From the NCBI RefSeq assembly GCF_018977255.1, contig NW_024704743.1:85438001-85502000 (forward strand): DNA of 64,000 nt, read 5' to 3'. Of this stretch, positions 51,535 to 62,495 are shown one piece after another (position 1 is the first letter of the stretch; every line of letters begins with the position of its first letter). The notes under the pieces were generated by a model. The model was not told where the DNA came from and ran no database searches. It saw nothing but the letters and a program-made list of their open reading frames with translations. The stretch comes from Callorhinchus milii. Lineage: Eukaryota. The position numbers and the translations under genes were made by a program.

Positions 51535-52345
51535 AGTGATAATCAAAGATTACTTTATTCACATGGCCGCACATTTACAGAATTATATTGATTACAAAAT
51601 ATACCATATGAAAACTAGATTAATATAAGAAAGCATGGATAATTTATCAATTTTTTACTGAGAGTGCAAAGAAAATAAATCTTATTTTAAAAGACTTTGC
51701 TCAAAACAAATATATCAGAGAAACAAATATCTTAGAAAATCTTTAGCAAGTTATCTTTTCATTCCATATGCTTGCAGTCAAACTATAGCAGAAAATACAT
51801 ATGTGGAAATCATTCTGTTTGTCCTAAAATAGAAGGGTTTCCCATTTCATTCATTGCAGAAATCTCCAGTGGTTACATCGAGTGCAGAGACAGCATGACC
51901 TATAGAAACGATACAAACTGATTCAATATGATAATACTAATAATAATCCTTGCATTTGATATAGCTGATATTTGATATGATGCTGGTATTCACCCATAAA
52001 GGATACTTTAGTAAATGGTATTTTAAAGATTAGCTTCAGGATTTAAAGAAGCACAAAAGAGCCCCAAAAGGTGTTGCAGTGAGGGGATATCATTGCAACC
52101 AGCCTTATTACAGGACCCAATCGCCAGTCAACACTTGCGCATTGTGAAATCACCGACACGTAACCAGTGAGGTCAGTGTGTGTGTGCGCAGAAGGATGGC
52201 TGACTCCATTGGTGTGTCGTCACATTGCATTGTTGCTCTTCAAAATGTGCCATGCTGTTTCAAACATGTCATCAAGTGGAATGACACAGTTTGAAGCCAA
52301 GCACTATGAGAAAGACATGCGAAAAGACGATTCGGCTTTCTGTGC
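51535..52345 (-). other. Predicted fibrocystin-L 3' UTR with AATAAA at 51554-51559
   Basis: AU-rich minus-strand sequence with TGTA elements, ending at a minus-strand AATAAA (plus tttatt). Confidence 0.5.
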
Positions 52346-52359
52346 CTAGTTTGGAATTT
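52346..52359 (-). CDS. PKHD1L1: Predicted terminal coding bases of fibrocystin-L (E/K-IPN*)
   Basis: Branch-like ctgac (52381-52385), then tttacccccag|AA ATT CCA AAC TAG in phase 1. Confidence 0.5.
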
Positions 52360-52502
52360 CTGGGGGTAAATATCATAATTGTCAGGTTTGCAAACTTCAA
52401 CACAACACATTATAACAGGGTTTCTAACATAGCTATCATTGAGATAGGTAAAGATCGGTAAGAACTATCTGAACACATAACCGAACACTTGAGATATTGG
52501 GG

Positions 52503-52762
52503 TTGAAAATGTAACAGTGGAAGTGGTTGCACTAACAGCCACTTGTGGGTTTTCCTCTCAGGATGTTTCTCAGCCAAGAAAAGATCAAAAGTTCAACAAA
52601 ACGTCAGAAAACAATATACAGTCTTTGAGATTGTGATTGTTTTTAGTCATTTACTTTTTGTGAATTAGATTGTGATAATATATTTTTTTATAATATATAA
52701 TCCTATAATTTCAACTGTAAACCAGAGGTTACTATTAGCGTAGTGACGTGTTACATTTTCAA
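52503..52762. mobile_element. MITE-like element with a perfect 14-bp inverted repeat
   Basis: ttgaaaatgtaaca (52503-52516) and tgttacattttcaa (52749-52762). Confidence 0.5.
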
Positions 52763-52809
52763 AGCCGATGTTGTTAAATTAAAAAATCCAGAGCAGATGC
52801 TACTTTCTT

Positions 52810-53120
52810 TTCCCACTTCCTTTCCTGACGACTAGCTCTTCCTCGCATTTGGTCTCTGAGAGTAAGACACCCTCTAATACTTCACTCAGGTGGCCTTTCT
52901 TTCCTGTGTGAAGCCAGTCAATGAGTTGTCAACATAACTAAACTTAATCCTATATCAGCCAGTATCACACATGCACTTTCCAGCAGAGATCACTTGATAA
53001 TAATCAAGGCAGGAACTCTACTCATGGTCCCCTCCTCAACCCAGGGATACTAAAGCCTTCAGTGCTCCAAGCGCTGCCTGGTTGAGGTCAAACCTGGACC
53101 TTCTAGGTTGTATGACAGTT
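52810..53120 (-). mobile_element. Ancient SINE-like repeat; related decayed copies near 25430-25600, 42260-42460 and 63890-64000
   Basis: Shared blocks such as cacacatgcactttccagcag...atcaaggcaggaac across the copies; the family could not be named with confidence. Confidence 0.45.
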
Positions 53121-53499
53121 TTACTCCTGATAACAACTTGCAACAGCAAAAACAACTACCCCACCCTTCAAGCAGGATAGCATCTCAAAGCACAAGGGTT
53201 TACCATTATGCTGTCAATGATATAAATGTGTGTAACATTAACTCTAGAGCTATTAAGTTGCAGATCCTGTCATAAATGAGAGTATCTGACAGAGTACTAT
53301 CTCTAACTGCTTATTCTTTTCCAATGTATTTGTAAGAATCAAAAGTCAACCAGCCTAAACAATCTTTTTCATTTTGAACCTCACCTACCCGCTCTCCCAT
53401 CATTTGGATGAAATGCCTTTTGTTGTGTCAAAAGTGCAGCAACATAGAAGTATATTTTTGCAATGGAAAAACAGCTATAGAAAATACTTTCATCTGAAA

Positions 53500-54200
53500 C
53501 TCTTATGATGTTCTTAACATCATCAACTCACTGCACAAAAGGAATTTCTTGAGGATGTCTCTCAAATGCTTCTCTCGAGAAACCCAACTACAATAGTTGT
53601 CTCATGAACCAGTTTATATTTTACTGGTCTTTCCTGGCAACCTATTCCACAAATCTATTATCCTTCGAGGAAAAATATTAGTCAACTACAAACTTCTACT
53701 TTTAGTTGTCTTCTCTGATTCTAGAACTTTTTGAACTTGAACAAGTTGCCTGGATTCACTTAGTCAATGGGGTCTAACATGTGGTTTCAATAATTTATAA
53801 TGGACCAATTATGAATGTATCCAGATGTGTCTGAGGCAGACGCCAGATCTTCCCCGCCAAAAAACACTGTTCTCAATGTCAACACCGGACACAATATTCT
53901 AACTGTGGTCTGAATAACAATTTATATAAGTTTAGCATTCCCTCTAAGTTTATAATCTAAGCCATTATTTATAAAACCTAGGATGCCTTTAGCTTTCCTC
54001 ATAGATTGGTACATCTGCCTTCCCACTTTAAAGACTTTAACAAGCATGTTCTTCTCTTCCTTTTAAATAATATTTGCTATTTAGCATACATTTGCTCTCT
54101 TTATTTTATCAAAATGTATAACCTCACACTTTTCTGCATGAAATTTCATCTGCCTTCTCTCTGCCCAATCTACATGTCTATCTATGTCCTCCTGAAGTTT
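53500..54200 (-). mobile_element. Decayed CR1 3' fragment
   Basis: ggcaacctattccacaaatct, ccggacacaatattctaactgtggtctg and aaatttcatctgcc are reverse-complement CR1 RT motifs. Confidence 0.65.
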
Positions 54201-54550
54201 CTTACACTCTCCAATAATAAACCCTGAGCTCTACCTGGTCTGGATGTGTGTGCATACATTTACAAATTTGTATATGTACAGTCTGCGCATGCGTGGGTGG
54301 GGGTAGGCAGTTGTGTGCAGGAGCCTATAAGCACTCTGAGACGCTGCCCCATGTGTAGGGTGCTATATAAATGCAAGATGTTGTTGTTATATATGGGTGT
54401 GCTAGCAGATCTTCAGTTCTTTAGTACAACAAAGTGCTGAATTGCACTTTTTATAGCACAGAACAAGCATTATTCAATCTATTTGTGAGAGCTGGTGACC
54501 AGTAGTCACATATTAACAAACAATCTCCACCTTTAATCAGTTGACAACAC

Positions 54551-54718
54551 CTGGTAAAGTGTAAGATGGATTATCACAGCCTGAAATGTCATCTCCCTTT
54601 CCATAAAGACTTTGTGCCTTGGGACATCCTCCCGACGTGAAAGGCGCTGTACAAATGTAATCTTGTTGCTGTTGTTGTTGTGATTGGTGAAAACCATTAG
54701 AAATCTTTGCTTTGCAAA
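54551..54718 (-). CDS. PKHD1L1: Predicted cytoplasmic-tail exon of fibrocystin-L, with NPxY motif and in-frame L2 insertion
   Basis: Strong acceptor ctttgttcttttatttgcag|TT. Open phase-1 frame ICKAKISNGFHQSQQQQQQDYICTAPFTSGGCPKAQSLYGKGDDISGCDNPSYTLP. Weak donor CAG|gtgttg; read-through gives GVVN* at 54537. Confidence 0.6.
54617..54682 (+). mobile_element. 66-nt L2 3' tail insertion with TTGTG flanking repeat
   Basis: ccttgggacatcctcccgacgtgaaaggcgctgtacaaatgtaatcttgttgctgttgttgttg matches the L2 end at 20114-20170. TTGTG occurs at 54612-54616 and 54678-54682. Confidence 0.9.
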
Positions 54719-55174
54719 CTGCAAATAAAAGAACAAAGGTAGAGTGTGAAGACATTTTGGACCAACTGCAGAGATAATTGTGGTCACTAGGAGCGAGAAG
54801 CCCACTTGGGAACTTTCCTCTCCCTCATCCGCCTTAAGACGTATCTGTATTTTTGGTTATCTCCCCTCTCACCATCACTACTCTCTTCAGCTCCCACCTC
54901 TTTGGCTCAGGTGCCCAGTCAGCAGTTTGAACGCTTTGAACACTCCCGACATGAAACGCGCCATCTACAATGCAAATTTATATTTATATCATGTGTTACA
55001 TGTCAGGGTGGTGGTGGGGAACACACAAACACACACGCGTGTCTCAAAGCACTTCTGGCTGCTGGCTGGGCTTCCGATCCAAGGGGTGGGAGGAAAATAA
55101 TATGTTATAAAGCACTTTGTAGGATTTACTGTAAAGTGTAGTGATTGGGTATGTTGTCGGCAAACAAATAGACA

Positions 55175-55475
55175 TTTAATATAGCTGCTTTCACAATAGG
55201 ATGCCTCAAAGTGCTTCACAGTATTTAGTTTAAAATGTAGTAACTGTGTATTTTGTAGGTGAAAGCAGCAGCCAATTTGACACATCAAAGTCCCAGAAAC
55301 AGCAATGAAGTAGTGAATGACCAATATTATCTGGGGGATGGTTGGCAAGGACATCGGGAGAAACTCCCTTCTCTTTTTGAAATAGTTCCTTGGGATCTTT
55401 AACATCCACCTGAACAAGGAAACGGGACTACAATTTAACGTTTCATCTGAAAAAGACGAAGGGATCAGTGACTGA
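55175..55475 (-). mobile_element. Older DeuSINE-family copy (SacSINE-like); related copy at 62585-62880
   Basis: gcagccaatttgacacatcaaagtccca, gggagaactcc...tttgaaatagt...gggatctttaacatccacctga and tttaacgtttcatctgaaa. Confidence 0.7.
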
Positions 55476-55532
55476 GTATAAAGAAGACCAAAAAGGAGAA
55501 ACAAGTGAAATGGCTCCAACATCTGTACCTAC

Positions 55533-55757
55533 TTTTACTCTTTGTCAGGATAACAGAAACAGCAACAATGAGAGCAAAGACACAGACTCCCACAACCGTT
55601 CCTGCAATAATAGCTTGTCTTTGATCATCTGTAAGAGAGGCCGAGCCTGAGGGCGTGAGTTGGTGCATGGCAGAAGTATTGTTTTGTTGACCCATAGAGA
55701 AGAAGTGGGATCGCATCTGAATTGTCTTCATAGTAAACTCAAGTTTGTAGTCAGTAC
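55533..55757 (-). CDS. PKHD1L1: Fibrocystin-L transmembrane exon
   Basis: cttcgtag|GT ACT GAC ... AAA A|gtaggt, 225 nt, phase 1-1. Encodes GTDYKLEFTMKT...DDQRQ, a 23-aa hydrophobic helix AIIAGTVVGVCVFALIVAVSVIL (55546-55614), then basic TKSK. The donor is ambiguous: an alternative AG|gtacag lies 4 nt further on. Confidence 0.8.
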
Positions 55758-55767
55758 CTACGAAGAC

Positions 55768-55878
55768 ATAATAATAATCATAATAACCCTTGCATTTAAT
55801 ACAGCGCTTTATCACGTCTTTTAGACTTCTCAAAGCGCTTCACAGGATATACTGTAAAGTAAATTGACTGTATTTTGT
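55768..55878 (-). mobile_element. DeuSINE 3' fragment abutting the TM-exon acceptor
   Basis: ataataatcataataacccttgcatttaatacagcgctttatcacgtc...aaagcgcttcacaggatatactgtaaagt. Confidence 0.85.
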
Positions 55879-56733
55879 GTATTTCCAGAAAAAGAATAAA
55901 AACTAATGGCAAGGATTTCAGAATGGAATAGAATTTTTTTTTAGGCAATATTGGGTTCAGTTCCATAGAAAGTTTCCTTTGCTAACCAAACCATGAGATG
56001 GAAAGTAACATTGCATAGAATGCTGATCTCATTTCCCTTTCTCCAAGAATATGCTATTCTCCCAGCTGGGGCACAGGACAGCTCCTAAAGCTGGCAAGCA
56101 ATGTAGCCAGATTGGATGGTTTTTTGTTGTCCTGTATGTGAAAAACAGCTTTCGGCAGGAGCCTAATTCTAATTTTTTTAAATTTAAACCTGTAAAATGT
56201 TTTTTTTCCCCTTTGAAGCCTTTTGTTTCACACAGTTTCAAAAGCACTTACCTCATTTGGCCACTCTGCTACCCACAGGAAGTAACACATTATATTGAGC
56301 TACTTTTGGACTAGTGTTTGGTACAAACGTATTTTAGTTTCTGGCCACAAATAGCCCAGACATGGCTCAAACCCATTGTGCTTCATGATGACACATGTTA
56401 AGGAATGATGTTATCGCAGCCATTGATATAAGCCTTTCAATACATATAGGTCCATTTGGATTCATAGATGATGGGTGAAAATATTCTTTGGGGGAGCTTA
56501 GCAGGATGGTCCTGTTCAGCTGTAGCTAGATCTGGGGGGAGCTGAGTCCCCTCTAGTCCTGGCCACCCGCCAACTATGGTTGAATTGCTTTGACTTTAAT
56601 AGCACATGGAACTAAGGAGAAATCTTTTGGAATGCCTTTCACTTGTTCACCATAACTGAAATATGTCTAGAGAGACAGAGAGAGAGAATTGCTAGTTTAA
56701 AGAAAAAAGGCACAGACTTGGGATTTTACTTAC

Positions 56734-56887
56734 CATTCTGAGCCAGAGCGAGGTCTGTGTAATTGGCCCAGCAGCCGCTAAACACGATGCAAGTTGTTCC
56801 ATTGAGTCCTGCAACATTCCTGTTCTCAGCATCCTTAAGGACAGCCAGTAAAGTCCAGGACGCCGCACCCACAGACACACAGTTACC
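56734..56887 (-). CDS. PKHD1L1: Fibrocystin-L coding exon
   Basis: cgttttag|GGT ... G|gtaagt, 154 nt. Encodes GNCVSVGAASWTLLAVLKDAENRNVAGLNGTTCIVFSGCWANYTDLALAQN. Confidence 0.9.
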
Positions 56888-57385
56888 CTAAAACGTGAAT
56901 GATGGACGTTAGAACATGTGCTGGTAACCCAGTGCATCAATCAGCAATGCGACCATTGGGGGCTGGGATGTGATAATCATCACCTGTGATAAATGCAACT
57001 GAAACAGAAACCCTGTTTCCATCAAAATGTCTTGATGGCGCCTGTGCTCAACAGATCAACACGGTTTGGGTGGGAACTAGATGTGGGTGCATTTGACAAA
57101 AAAAAACTTCAGAGCCCGATGCAAAGCCTAAAATAAAGATTTCTCGCTTTGGAATGGAGAGCACTGGGACCTGGAAAGCAACAACTTTTATTCGTGCAAC
57201 TCGGCTGCTGGCAGCCTCTTCCGTTTTACATTGGTGTAAATGAAGCAATGCTGCAACTTTTAACATTCACCTCAAAGAACCAAAACACTAGGGATGAAAC
57301 TTAAAATATCTTTTCCCTGCATATTTTATGGCGGCAGTACTTTTGAGAGAGTGCCGTTATAACATTGTGGTTGAAATCTCCTTAC

Positions 57386-57532
57386 ATAATAATCCACGGA
57401 CATTACACTGGGCTGTTGCAGCAGCAGTTGTCCTGGCTCGCCACCGACTGGCTGTACGACAACAACCAGGGCTTCCACTACAGCCACATAGCTCTCGCTT
57501 GCTGTCGTCCTATTCACCGGCTTTGAGGCCAC
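57386..57532 (-). CDS. PKHD1L1: Fibrocystin-L coding exon
   Basis: cttttcag|GTG ... TAT|gtaagg, 147 nt. Encodes VASKPVNRTTASESYVAVVEALVVVVQPVGGEPGQLLLQQPSVMSVDYY. Confidence 0.9.
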
Positions 57533-58663
57533 CTGAAAAGCAGTTTTCAATTGTGTTTAGCAATCACACAACTAAATGACAATGATTCAAATTGTATTGT
57601 TAATCAGAAAATAACTTTGGTCTCTCACAGCTGGCACAACATCCAATGAGAATGATCCCCAGTGTTTGAAGGTTGAAGGCATCTTATAAGGTGTATGGGA
57701 AGTCTGTCAGTGTTTTACAAACCTCCTTCCTTGGCTCTTTAAATATCTTGGGGGTACAGTTCTCTGCCACATGGAATTTATTGGTTTTCAGCCCCTTAAA
57801 CCCATCTAGAATGTGTGCCTTGCTGACAGCAAAGTCCCTGAACGTACACCACATGTTTTGGATGCTGCACATCACAGTGAAGTATCAGTGTATTGCTAAA
57901 TATTAAGCACTTTATTCCTGCATGTTGTTCCAGGAACAAGCATTACTTCAGTGTGAGGAAATCTAAGGTGCAAGTGGAATTTCTCACCCACTGTTTGCTC
58001 GTCTGGTAAGTGCAAGGTTTCCTCCTCCCATTATGTTTTACAGTCCTCTATCCTGCTACAAAGTTAGGGTCTAGGTGGACATTTACAGCAGCCATTCACA
58101 AATTACAGTAAAATAAAGAAAACACAGTTCAGACAGAAGAATTATTTTTGGCACAAGATGGATGCTGCTTGACATTGAAACAGAAATTGCTTTCCAACAC
58201 TTGCTATGGGCTGAAAACAATGCACATGTGATGCCAGTCTAACGTTTAAATCTGAATTATTTATTTATTCAGCATATTGAGGGCTAGTGGCAATACACTG
58301 CTTGTTGGCATTTAAAACCCAGTAATTAAAAACAGGAGTTGCAAAAAACTACTTGTGCTGGTAACTGATTATTCATCACATTGACCCATGATAACTATTC
58401 TCTGGACAGGGATAATAACTGATATTTCTAAGGTATTTTAAATGGAATTACAGATCAGCTGTGATCTAAGAAAATGGAAGGGTAGACTCAATAGGCCCAA
58501 AGGCCAGCTCCTATTGCTCAGTTCCTAATAATTCAATATTGATTGTACGCAGGTTCATTTCTTTTTTGTGTAGTATTGTTCACATGTCCAGGGCTGATGG
58601 GTGAAAAACATGTTTAAATACAATCCTCAGATCAAACATCTTTTCTAATATTGTAGGTGTTAC

Positions 58664-58815
58664 CTTCTCCCACTCTGGATCTCCAGGAGGTGGAACGGGA
58701 GTGGAGATCCCCATGGAAGAGATGGTAAAGCCCAGGGCTTCACTGATGTTTCCTGTCAGCATGGCTTCACTTAGATTGCTCGCCATTTCATTCAGCCCTG
58801 AGAAACTCAATGTGT
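58664..58815 (-). CDS. PKHD1L1: Fibrocystin-L coding exon
   Basis: actctgcag|AC ... AAG|gtaaca, 152 nt. Encodes DTLSFSGLNEMASNLSEAMLTGNISEALGFTISSMGISTPVPPPGDPEWEK. Confidence 0.9.
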
Positions 58816-59299
58816 CTGCAGAGTGCACAAAGCCAAGCAAATAATCAACTCATTGCCTCTGATAAGGAAGAAACAGCAACATTGTTTGTAGGTTCTGATT
58901 ATATTAAAAATCTAATCTGGAACAATTTTTAAAAAACAGTCAAACAATCCCAGAATCCCATATGCTAATGGTGCTCCCAAAATCCCGGCATTTAAACAGG
59001 CTGCAGGAGTGAATGGGCCGATCTTTGAACCTCCTGGGTGCCCACCCATTGAGACACTCTCTCTCTCTCTCTGGTACCCTGTCTGAGGTGCTGATGCAAC
59101 GCATCTTGGATGAAGCAAGATTTAGTATCTTGGGAAAATGTAAATACAGTTTTAAATTTAAAGACCATTATCTATAGTTTTAAAAAGAATTTGCAGAAAA
59201 CAAACTAAGGAATCTATTTAAGAATTTGGCAAATTCTGGTGCTCTGAAATGTTATGTTAATAGAGTAAATGTTATTGGCCAACAATTTAAACAAAATTA

Positions 59300-59660
59300 A
59301 ATGAAAATTGAAGGACTCTTCAGACTTGAAAGAAGGTATCTCAGAGACAACCTCCTAGAAGTATATAATATTTGAAATGGGAATGAAAAAGTGAACCCAG
59401 AACAATATTTTGAATGTACCAAGACAGTAGAATAAGAGGAAATAGGTTTAAAATTCCAAAAGGACAATTTCAGGACAGACATCAGGAACTATTTCTTCAC
59501 TCTGAGAGTAATTAATGACTGGAAAAGGTTACCGGGAAGGGTGGTTGGGGCTAGGACACTGGACTCATTTAAAAAACAGTTTGAGGCTGTGATGGGAGGT
59601 CAGCAGGATGGGTGTTCTGGAAGAATGGGATCAAATGAAGAGCCTTCTTCATCCAAACCT
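59300..59660 (+). mobile_element. Decayed CR1 3' fragment
   Basis: agacttgaaagaagg...ctcctagaagtatataata, tttcttcactctgagagtaattaatgactggaa and ctcatttaaaaaacagtttga. Confidence 0.7.
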
Positions 59661-59918
59661 CTCATGCGATCCAGACCCAGTTAGAATTTCTCCCACTTGT
59701 ACCTATTCACTGAATGCAGCCAGTCAAGTTTCATCTGGGCATTGCTATCCCGCCAACCCGTAGGATTTAAGGATAAATCTTGAGCAGATGGCAACATAAC
59801 CATATACTATAATACTTTTCTATAAGCCACAGTGGAGCAGCTAAAAGCTGTGCTCTCTAAACCAGCACCCCAGGGAAGAGCTGCTGGAAGATTCAATATA
59901 CAATCAGCACCTGCTTAC

Positions 59919-60287
59919 CTGGATTGGTTGTGGTGTTAGCAGTGACATTCTGGTCTGCGGAGAGCTGCTGCACAGGAGGTTCTGCAATTTGGAATTCAAC
60001 CGTAATTCCCGGAGCACGCTTCCTGCGCCGACTTCCCTCACGCACAATTTTAGTGATGCGGATTTTACTTGAGGGAATGTTTAGGAAAAGAGCGAGATTA
60101 TTGGCTAAGGCAGAATCGTAGAAATCATCCACCGTCATGGCAGGTAAATTAAAGGAGATGAAAAGCACAGGAGTTGTTCGTATTTTAACAGGGGTCGAGC
60201 CTCTCACCAGAACATTAAGCATCTGGTAAGTTCTGTCAAAGTAGTTGGATCCTGGAACTGTAGAATCCAATGGGGGAAGATATTGTC
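59919..60287 (-). CDS. PKHD1L1: Fibrocystin-L coding exon containing a polybasic RRRKR site
   Basis: gttcatag|GA ... G|gtaagc, 369 nt. Encodes GQYLPPLDSTVPGSNYFDRTYQMLNVLVRGSTPVKIRT...LALFLNIPSSKIRITKIVREGSRRRKRAPGITVEFQIAEPP...NTTTNP. Confidence 0.92.
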
Positions 60288-61860
60288 CTATGAACAGATA
60301 ATTTTATTATTCTTATGTGCATGTAAATCCTTTTCATTTAGGTACATCTTGTTTATATAAATACAGAATTGTGGATTTTCTTTAATCTCATAACAGTTAA
60401 TTATTTTCAGCATTTTAACCATTCCAAACAATCTATTGTAATAAATAAGTAAAATAGGTCATTCATTTTATAGTGGTTTGAAGGACATTTAGGTACTAGT
60501 CAATACCAGTAGGACGAGGATAATGCACAGACTCCCAGGAAGCGTCTCTTGTAGAAAATAAGATAATTACAAAATAATGAAGATCAGCACATCTAAAGGT
60601 GCATAAATATACTTTATTCATCAAACCACCCTCTCTGCGGGACCAGATTCCACACCAGAATTCCAGAGGTCAAAGAGACAAGGTGAAGTCTAATTTGTAG
60701 TTGGGTTAATAATCCATGTGCCAAAAGTGCAGGTTTGAATTATCCAATGGCAGACAGATGGTTAAAATCCTTACATGTGCCCTCACAGATGCAAGTAATA
60801 CAAAGAATCCCAGAATCACTTGAATTTATGACTCTAGCTAGTCCTGAAATTAACTCTTATTTTGTTGGAACACCCTTGATTGTTGTAGATTAGTACATTG
60901 ACAGCTGGTAACTACCGTCTTAACATGGCTTTGATCCAAACAAATAATGTGCAAGCTGTTATTTTAGAAAATGATGTACTCAGTGTTATATCCCTGGACT
61001 AGAGGACCATCCTGACACTCTTACAGAGACCAGACCATACAGCAGACCACCAAACAGAGTTGCTCTGGGAATTAGTACTGTACACTGTCGGCAATCTGTT
61101 ATTTCAGTTCTGGGGAACTAGATTCACCTTGACAAATGCTAGTTGCATTCATATTACTTTCCTTTATTTAATCTTTGCTCAGCCACAGATAACCCATCCA
61201 ACCAGTTTGTCACAGATTCACTTTTACATTTAGGCAAGTTAAGCAAAACAAACAATAAATGCTGAACATCAATCAAGTTGCACTTTTCCATATTAAAACT
61301 AACAGATAAATCAAATACTGTCCAATCGATATGATTAAATTCCTTTTTCTCTCTGCCTGCAAGAGTCTAGCATGAAATGCGTTTTGCAAATCTCAGCCTC
61401 CCACTCATTGGCAAAAAATCATAAAAAATGCTATTACCTAAACAATCATTAGCAGTGAGCTGGTAATCTCACTCAGAGAGAGAGAGAAAGATCTGGCTGG
61501 TCTTGTAACCAAGGCTGAACTGTGTGTCAGCTGCTGTAGTTTGCCTTCTGCTATCCTCGGTTTAGTCTCACCATGCTCACTACCTATTTCAACCACTAAA
61601 TATACAGTCAATTCGCTATACAGTATATTTGAGACGTCTCAAAGACGTGATAAAGTGCTATATCAAATGATTATTATTATTACCTGCTCACTGTACCCCT
61701 CAATCGCTTTCTCTCTGTAGAAACACATGGTTACATTTATACTGTCTGCTTCAATGGTCTCTCCTAGTAATTTTGATGTCTTCAATATCGTTTGTCACAG
61801 AGTTCTACTTTCTGCTCTGCTTCAAACCAGCAATGTTGAGATACACTATAAGAGGTTTAC

Positions 61861-61996
61861 CTGGGTAGATGGGTGCCTTTAGCGTGAAGTCAGTGTGCTG
61901 GGCATTCCATGCTGCATTCGTAGGAGCTACAAATTGCTCATTGACATACACATCTAGACGCTGTGGTGTGAAGTAATATATTGCCAATCGTACAGC
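61861..61996 (-). CDS. PKHD1L1: Fibrocystin-L coding exon
   Basis: ctgaaacag|GCT ... G|gtaaac, 136 nt. Encodes AVRLAIYYFTPQRLDVYVNEQFVAPTNAAWNAQHTDFTLKAPIYP. Confidence 0.92.
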
Positions 61997-62337
61997 CTGT
62001 TTCAGAAAAGCCAGACATATTGTCATCATCATCACACAGCTTTATCATTTCGCTTTTATAAAAAAAAATCACTTACTGAGGGTGCATTTTGAACTCTTTA
62101 ACATCTGGGCAAACAGAACAGAAGTAATTGGAAATAGAAAACTGATTAAATTTGTAGTATTTGCATGGTGTTTTTTCATTTAGATTACGTGTGAGCTAAT
62201 TTAATTCCTAACTTCTTATAAGTTTTTTTGCTTAGGGAACATAGAGGCTGCTTTTTCTAAATCCTATTCTGAACAGTTTTGTTGCTCGGTGTCGGATGCT
62301 TTAAGAGTATGAGGTGTAACGTTGAAAGGCTTCTTAC

Positions 62338-62495
62338 TTTACTGTCATTGACGTTGAGAAGCATTAGTTGAAGTGTCTGAGGGGTAGTGCTCGTGAAGTA
62401 TATATCATAGGACTTGTTTGTTGCTACGATTCCATGGAACAGTGAGATCCTTCTCCTACAGGTATAACCTGAGCACCAGCCGTGGTCTTGTGGAC
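62338..62495 (-). CDS. PKHD1L1: Fibrocystin-L coding exon
   Basis: tatatcag|GT ... AAA|gtaaga, 158 nt. Encodes PQDHGWCSGYTCRRRISLFHGIVATNKSYDIYFTSTTPQTLQLMLLNVNDSK. Confidence 0.92.

Noticed and set aside
54989..55522. 177-aa minus-strand ORF with a signal-peptide-like start
   Set aside because: Mostly made of an old SINE copy inside a fibrocystin-L intron.
36430..55757. Functional coupling of SEPT7 and fibrocystin-L through cilia biology
   Set aside because: Adjacency of convergent vertebrate genes is not evidence of shared function, and the predicted 3' UTRs do not overlap.
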